Positions 58,572 through 64,000 of a DNA stretch of 64,000 bases are shown piece after piece (within the stretch, counting starts at the first letter, position 1; the number at the start of each line of letters is the position of its first letter). Source of the DNA: Bacteroidota bacterium (GTDB lineage: Bacteria > Bacteroidota > Bacteroidia > JAIBAJ01); contig CANJNG010000003.1 of the NCBI GenBank assembly GCA_947475205.1, positions 5,726-69,725 of the forward strand. The letters run 5' to 3'. Below the pieces are notes generated by a model, which was not told where the DNA came from, did not search any database, and saw nothing but the letters and a program-made list of their open reading frames with translations. The translations under genes and the position numbers were made by a program.

Positions 58572-59795
58572 TTATTCTCTGAATTCACAAACAAAATACT
58601 TCACCACAGGCTCGCTCAATGCCGAAATATTAAGTTGGTCGGCTGCCTCGGCAATGTCTTTTACTTCACCGTTGCGTTGCAATATATAAATCTTGTCGCT
58701 TTTAGGATTGTAGGCATTGTTGACAATGCTTCCTGAAAACACAAATAGGTTTGATTGTTCTAGTAGAATGTTATATTTTCCCGAAAATGCTTTTTGCTTT
58801 TGCCGCAGAAGTTCAACACTTATTGGGTTTTGAGAAATTACAACCTTAAATAGATTTCGTGCAATGAGCTGGCGACAAAGCATAGATAATGCTTTATCCT
58901 TAACGTTTTGCCAGCTTTTTATTGCAGAATAAATATCATTATCGTCAAGATTATTAAACATTTCCAGTGCCTTTCCTGCTGATTCAAAGTCGGCTTTATT
59001 GGGCGAGTTTTCCAAAAACCAACACAATGATTCCGATGCGAAAAGATGCTCGCCATCCACAGTGAGTTCTTTGGCTCGCCGAAGTATATTATTGAGAATA
59101 TTCTCGGCACTCAAAACCGTTTTGTGAAGATAAACCTGCCAATACATTAGCCGTCGGGCCACAATAAATTTCTCGATTGAATAAATTCCCTTTTCCGATA
59201 CCACCAGCACATCGTCTTTCACTTGCAGCATTTTTATAATCCTATCGCTGCTGATTACCCCTTCCGACACCCCGGTAAAAAAGCTATCCCGCATCAAGTA
59301 ATCAAGCCTGTCCATGTCCAATTGCGACGACACAAGTTGATGTAGAAACTTTTTAGGATAAGAATTTTTGAAAATCTGAATGGCTGTTGAAAGTTTCCCC
59401 TCAAATTCCTCATTTAACTTCACCATCAAGATTAGGCTTAAATCTTCGTGATGAAGATTTTCGGCCAAAGAACTTTCTAAAGCATGAGAAAAGGGGCCGT
59501 GTCCAATATCGTGGAGCAATATAGCAATGGTTACCCCTATAGCTTCGTCTTCAGTAATGCTATTGCCTTTGTTTCGTAGTTCATCAATAGCCAGCGTCAT
59601 CAGGTGCATAGCCCCCAATGCATGATGAAAGCGGGTGTGAATGGCACCGGGATATACTAAATGAGTCATACCCAGCTGCCGTATATAACGTAGCCGCTGA
59701 AACCATCGATGTTCAATTAAATCGAAAACGATAGAATAAGGAATTCCAATAAATCCATAAACAGGGTCGTTAATTATTTTGAGTTTATTGAACAT
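58572..59795 (-). CDS. HD-domain phosphohydrolase (dNTP triphosphohydrolase-like)
   Basis: 'FQRLRYIRQLG', 'HTRFHHALG', 'LLHDIGHGPFSH', 'DMDRLDYL.RD'. Confidence 0.92.
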   Translation of the reverse strand: MFNKLKIINDPVYGFIGIPYSIVFDLIEHRWFQRLRYIRQLGMTHLVYPGAIHTRFHHALGAMHLMTLAIDELRNKGNSITEDEAIGVTIAILLHDIGHGPFSHALESSLAENLHHEDLSLILMVKLNEEFEGKLSTAIQIFKNSYPKKFLHQLVSSQLDMDRLDYLMRDSFFTGVSEGVISSDRIIKMLQVKDDVLVVSEKGIYSIEKFIVARRLMYWQVYLHKTVLSAENILNNILRRAKELTVDGEHLFASESLCWFLENSPNKADFESAGKALEMFNNLDDNDIYSAIKSWQNVKDKALSMLCRQLIARNLFKVVISQNPISVELLRQKQKAFSGKYNILLEQSNLFVFSGSIVNNAYNPKSDKIYILQRNGEVKDIAEAADQLNISALSEPVVKYFVCEFRE

Positions 59796-59921
59796 AGCGG
59801 GGAAAGTACATTATTGGAATAGCCCAACAAAGGAAGGAGAATAAATGCAAATGAGGGTTAGGATAAATTTATGGTTTCTCCTAACCCTCAAATGTTCTGT
59901 ATCAGCAAAAATTTATTGTAT

Positions 59922-61595
59922 TTATTCTATCCGAATAAGCTTTTTAGAACTTATCGAACCATTAACATTTACCGTTACAAAGTAAATTCCCGATGCTAAG
60001 TTCTCTTTTTCTGCATTAAGTTGTAAATGCTGTTTTCCTTCAGTTTGCAAACCACTGAAAATAGCTTTCAATTTCTTTCCGGTGTAATCAAACAAATCAA
60101 CAGCAACATTAGTTGTGTGGTTTGTTGTGTAGCTTAGGTTGAATACGTCCTTACTCGGGTTTGGATATATGGACAGTGAATTTATTCCATAAGATGTTTC
60201 CTCAATAGCATTTGGGGGTAATTCAGATGTATATTGAAAATATGTAATGAACATTTCTTCTTTTGTGGTAAAACCAAACGGAATTGTTTCGGGAGTGTTG
60301 TTTACCCAAGTAGCCTCAAATACCAGCCCTTTGTTCATATCCACTTCCAACAGAGGACTAAATCTACGCACTGCCGGATGGGTATAATTGTAATAGTTTT
60401 GATTAGCGGTGTAATCTTCATTATAAAACCCTTCATAAATTTGTTCGCCTTTTGTGCCGTCTTGATTAGCTAAGAACATATCATAATCTGTTCCACGGCT
60501 ATGAGAATGGGCTTGCATTGTCCAAAAATAACGGGTTTCACCTGCTACGGTAAAATGATTTTGAAGGGTGAAAGGCTGACCTGTAGGAGGAATTTGAAGC
60601 ACAAACGGATTAAATCCGCCATACGTTGCAAGGTCGGTATGCATTTCCACAGCACCTGAATTGGCGGGCTGGGTATAAATATTTATATATGCAGTAGCAG
60701 CTAATAAAGAATCTCCACTATAGTTCGGAATATGCAGATTTAACAGAATTGCCTGCCCAGAATCTTGGAAAATAGCTGTTCCAGTAGGCAACGGAATATC
60801 TCCCGAAAACTGCCATACTCCCATATACCGAGCATACTGATATACCAAGGTTTGAGCCTGAACAGTAGTTCCAAGCATTGGGGAAACCGGAAAATTACTT
60901 TCTCCACCTGCATTAATAGAACGCAAAACCCAATGGTGAGAAGAAGAAGACATTTTAGATGTCATTTTATAAATCTCTTTTGCTGAAGTAGCATTAGTTT
61001 TATAAGGTTGAAAATATTCAAATTCACCTAAAGTGTCTACAAATATTGGCCCGAATTTAACTTGATAACCCTCTTTGCCCTCTTCTTCTGGAGTAGGCGG
61101 AGGTGTTGCTTCTGCCATACCTTGACCAGCATAAAAATTGTGAATAAGATTAACATTATAAGTAAGTCCAGTGTCGGGAGCTCCCCATAGTATCCACTGA
61201 CGGATTAATTCTATTTCTTCATTATTAATTGTTATCGAACCATTGTTTGGCATTAAACTTCCCTCGCCTGCACTTAAAACCAATTTAGGGTCTAAACCAT
61301 GATTTACTTTCTTAAACAGGTAACTAGTTTTAGGATAACCTGGATCTACTCTTTTAAGGTGATTGGCTACTGCAGCAGGGTTTGTAGGGTTTACATTCAC
61401 TAACCGGGCATAAACTTCTTCGGGAGTTCCCTGTAAGCTCAAATTGCCAGAAAGCGATGAGGAACTATGGCAGCCTAACATACATTTCCCTTGAAAAATA
61501 GTGTAAACCCTTTCATAGGTGGAGGTGGTTTGAGCCTTCGCTGATAGGCTAAAGATGCTTAAAATTACGGAAGAAACTAAGTAGATTTTTTTCAT
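59922..61595 (-). CDS. T9SS-secreted fusion: cytochrome c-like domain + PHM/DBH-type copper monooxygenase + type A CTD
   Basis: 'CMLGCH...LMP...IRQWILWGAP'; CuH-like 'SHHW' and 'LNLH'; CuM-like 'HSH' and 'GFTTKEEM'; CTD 'IYPNP...GIYFV'. Confidence 0.75.
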   Translation of the reverse strand: MKKIYLVSSVILSIFSLSAKAQTTSTYERVYTIFQGKCMLGCHSSSSLSGNLSLQGTPEEVYARLVNVNPTNPAAVANHLKRVDPGYPKTSYLFKKVNHGLDPKLVLSAGEGSLMPNNGSITINNEEIELIRQWILWGAPDTGLTYNVNLIHNFYAGQGMAEATPPPTPEEEGKEGYQVKFGPIFVDTLGEFEYFQPYKTNATSAKEIYKMTSKMSSSSHHWVLRSINAGGESNFPVSPMLGTTVQAQTLVYQYARYMGVWQFSGDIPLPTGTAIFQDSGQAILLNLHIPNYSGDSLLAATAYINIYTQPANSGAVEMHTDLATYGGFNPFVLQIPPTGQPFTLQNHFTVAGETRYFWTMQAHSHSRGTDYDMFLANQDGTKGEQIYEGFYNEDYTANQNYYNYTHPAVRRFSPLLEVDMNKGLVFEATWVNNTPETIPFGFTTKEEMFITYFQYTSELPPNAIEETSYGINSLSIYPNPSKDVFNLSYTTNHTTNVAVDLFDYTGKKLKAIFSGLQTEGKQHLQLNAEKENLASGIYFVTVNVNGSISSKKLIRIE

Positions 61596-61754
61596 ACAGC
61601 AGATTTAATAATTTAAAATGATGGTATTAGTGATAAACTTTTGGCCAAATATATAGCTTTTATCCACTAATTACTAGAGCCTTAAGAAATATTTTTACTC
61701 AAATATTTCACTCTTGAAATTAATACTACATTTGCAACCCCAAAAAACGGAGGA

Positions 61755-61827
61755 GGTATGGTAGCTCAGTCGGTAGAGCAAAGGACTGAAAATCCTTGTG
61801 TCGGCGGTTCGAACCCGCCCCGTACCA
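61755..61827 (+). tRNA. tRNA-Phe (anticodon GAA)
   Basis: GGTATGG/CCGTACC acceptor stem, AAGGA-CTGAAAA-TCCTT anticodon arm, GTTCGAAC T-loop; CCA not encoded. Confidence 0.97.
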
Positions 61828-61829
61828 CT

Positions 61830-61865
61830 AAAAAAACCCGGACTTTTATAAAGTTCGGGTTTTTT
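61830..61865 (+). terminator. Intrinsic terminator after tRNA-Phe
   Basis: AAAAAACCCGGACTTT...AAAGTTCGGGTTTTTT. Confidence 0.8.
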
Positions 61866-61979
61866 GTTGGAACTATCTCCAAATTTTTCAAAAACACTAC
61901 TCACCTTTTTTGGGTATTGTGTAATTTCGCCCCGCAATAGCAATACTTAATACTCATTACTTAATACTTTATATAACAA

Positions 61980-64000
61980 ATGGCATTCGACATCGAAATG
62001 ATCAAGGCTCATTACAGCCGCATCCCCGCTAGAATAGCTGCTGCCCGCAAAGTTGTAGGCCGCCCTCTCACCCTTTCAGAAAAAATCCTTTACAGCCACC
62101 TCACCGAAGGCGATGCTGCTGCGGCCTACAGTCGTGGTAAGGATTATGTGGATTTCAATCCCGACCGTGTGGCAATGCAGGATGCTACGGCTCAAATGGC
62201 TTTGTTGCAATTTATGCAAGCCGGTCGCCCAAAGGTTGCCGTTCCTTCTACCGTGCACTGCGACCACTTGATTACGGCTAAGGTTGGTGCAAAAGACGAT
62301 TTGGCGTATGCCAACAAAGAAAGCAAAGAGGTTTACGACTTCTTGGCTTCTGTATCCAATAAATATGGTCTTGGTTTTTGGAAACCGGGTGCGGGTATCA
62401 TTCACCAAGTTGTATTGGAGAACTACGCTTTCCCGGGTGGAATGATGATTGGAACCGATTCGCACACTGTGAATGCAGGTGGATTGGGAATGTTAGCGAT
62501 TGGTGTTGGTGGAGCTGATGCCTGTGATGTAATGGCCGGATTACCTTGGGAGCTTAAATTCCCTAAACTTATCGGTGTTAAACTCACCGGAAAGCTCAAT
62601 GGTTGGACCGCTGCAAAAGATGTAATCTTGAAAGTAGCCGGTATCTTAACTGTGAAAGGTGGAACGGGTGCTATTGTTGAATATTTTGGCGAGGGTGCTA
62701 TCTCGCTTTCTTGCACCGGAAAAGGTACAATCTGCAACATGGGTGCTGAAATCGGTGCCACAACTTCTACCTTTGGCTACGATGAGTCTATGGAGCGTTA
62801 CCTACGTTCTACAAGCCGCAACGATATTGCTGATGCCGCAAACGGAATTAAAGAACATTTGACTGCCGATGCAGAGGTGTACGCCAATCCTGAAGCCTAT
62901 TTCGATCAAGTAATCGAAATTGACTTGAATACTTTGGAACCCCATTTGAACGGCCCTTTCACGCCGGACTTGGCTACTCCGCTTTCTAAAATAAAAGAAG
63001 AAGCTGAAAAGAATGGCTGGCCAATGAAAGTGGAATGGGGACTGATTGGTTCTTGCACCAACTCTTCTTACGAAGACCTTTCGCGTGCTGCCTCCATTGC
63101 TAAACAAGCTTTGGATAAAGGTTTGGTAACAAAGGCTGAGTTTGGTATCAATCCAGGCTCGGAGCAAGTACGTTACACTGCCGACCGCGATGGTTTGCTT
63201 GGAACCTTCACCGATTTGGATGCTACTATTTTTACTAACGCCTGCGGCCCTTGTATCGGGATGTGGGATCGTGTAGGTGCTGAAAAGAAAGAGAAAAACA
63301 CCATCGTTCACTCTTTCAACCGGAACTTTGCTAAGCGTGCCGACGGCAATCCGAATACGTATGCTTTTGTGGCTTCGCCTGAATTGGTAGCTGCCTTAGC
63401 TATTGCGGGTGATTTATCGTTCAACCCCATCACTGACACCTTAACGAATAATAAAGGTGAGCAAGTAAAATTGGATGCTCCAGTAGGCGACGAACTTCCT
63501 GCGAAAGGTTTTGCGGTAGAAGATGCGGGCTTTCAAGCTCCAGCTGTGGATGGTTCGGGAGTGAGTGTTTTGGTTTCGGAAACCTCTGATCGTTTGCAAC
63601 TCTTAGCTCCGTTTGCTCCATGGGAAGGAACGGATTTGAAAGGTTTGAAGCTGCTGATTAAAGCAAAAGGAAAATGTACCACCGACCATATTTCAATGGC
63701 GGGCCCGTGGTTGAAATACCGTGGACACTTGGATAATATTTCGAACAATATGCTGATTGGTGCGGTGAATTTCTACAACGAAAAAACCGATGAGGTGAAA
63801 AACCAATTGACAGGAACTTATGGGCCGGTGCCGGCTACACAACGTAGTTACAAATCTGCCGGTGTTGGTTCTATAGTTGTGGGTGATGAGAACTACGGCG
63901 AAGGTTCTAGCCGCGAACATGCTGCCATGGAGCCTCGCTTCTTGGGTGTGCGTGCGGTGCTTGTGAAATCGTTTGCCCGTATTCACGAAACGAACCTTAA
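61980..64000 (+). CDS. acnA: Aconitate hydratase (mitochondrial-like type), runs off the window end; not in the ORF track
   Basis: ATG at 61980 '[12 protein letters not shown]'; '[14 protein letters not shown]', 'HCDH', '[11 protein letters not shown]', 'NACGPCIG', 'TTDHIS', '[10 protein letters not shown]'. No stop before base 64000. Confidence 0.93.
   Translation, partial: MAFDIEMIKAHYSRIPARIAAARKVVGRPLTLSEKILYSHLTEGDAAAAYSRGKDYVDFNPDRVAMQDATAQMALLQFMQAGRPKVAVPSTVHCDHLITAKVGAKDDLAYANKESKEVYDFLASVSNKYGLGFWKPGAGIIHQVVLENYAFPGGMMIGTDSHTVNAGGLGMLAIGVGGADACDVMAGLPWELKFPKLIGVKLTGKLNGWTAAKDVILKVAGILTVKGGTGAIVEYFGEGAISLSCTGKGTICNMGAEIGATTSTFGYDESMERYLRSTSRNDIADAANGIKEHLTADAEVYANPEAYFDQVIEIDLNTLEPHLNGPFTPDLATPLSKIKEEAEKNGWPMKVEWGLIGSCTNSSYEDLSRAASIAKQALDKGLVTKAEFGINPGSEQVRYTADRDGLLGTFTDLDATIFTNACGPCIGMWDRVGAEKKEKNTIVHSFNRNFAKRADGNPNTYAFVASPELVAALAIAGDLSFNPITDTLTNNKGEQVKLDAPVGDELPAKGFAVEDAGFQAPAVDGSGVSVLVSETSDRLQLLAPFAPWEGTDLKGLKLLIKAKGKCTTDHISMAGPWLKYRGHLDNISNNMLIGAVNFYNEKTDEVKNQLTGTYGPVPATQRSYKSAGVGSIVVGDENYGEGSSREHAAMEPRFLGVRAVLVKSFARIHETNL

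Noticed and set aside
61695-61943. ORFs 61695-61943 and 61758-61940
   Set aside because: Both overlap tRNA-Phe and its terminator; they are translation artefacts.
62076-63986. Several minus-strand ORFs of 63-169 aa
   Set aside because: They are antisense shadows of the aconitase frame, which the track omitted because it has no stop within the window.
1-64000. Prophage, ICE, IS element or rRNA operon
   Set aside because: No structural, integrase, relaxase, transposase or rRNA signatures recognised.

Overview
Chromosomal window from a Bacteroidota bacterium. Evidence: T9SS C-terminal sorting domains, a SprB-like adhesin, TAnnTTTG/TACTTTCG -7 promoter boxes and the 29-aa ribosomal protein bS22. 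Most of it is scrambled housekeeping DNA (lpdA, hemH, prfC, nadB, HU, RNase G/E, RecD-like helicase, parC, transketolase, rimO, aconitase, tRNA-Leu(GAG), tRNA-Phe(GAA)), mixed with envelope and secreted-protein genes and two type II toxin-antitoxin pairs. I found no rRNA, integrase, transposase, reverse transcriptase, cas gene or prophage. The most unusual signals are: (1) a 6 x 41-bp spacer-less hairpin array, with a compensatory substitution, upstream of an uncharacterised cytoplasmic helical + FN3 gene (33.7-34.8 kb); a perfect 56-bp palindrome sits at a similar distance upstream of a second uncharacterised helical + beta-sandwich gene (0.1-1.2 kb); (2) an accessory hotspot between prfC and nadB with two AT-rich orphan genes, a multi-stem RNA-like element, a G-quadruplex motif, a 13 x 21-nt array and an apparent strand-skew halo; (3) a T9SS-secreted fusion of a cytochrome c-like domain with a PHM/DBH-type copper monooxygenase; (4) a pentaheme cytochrome beside a doubly interrupted FISUMP gene. 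All annotations come from motif reading; no database searches were run.
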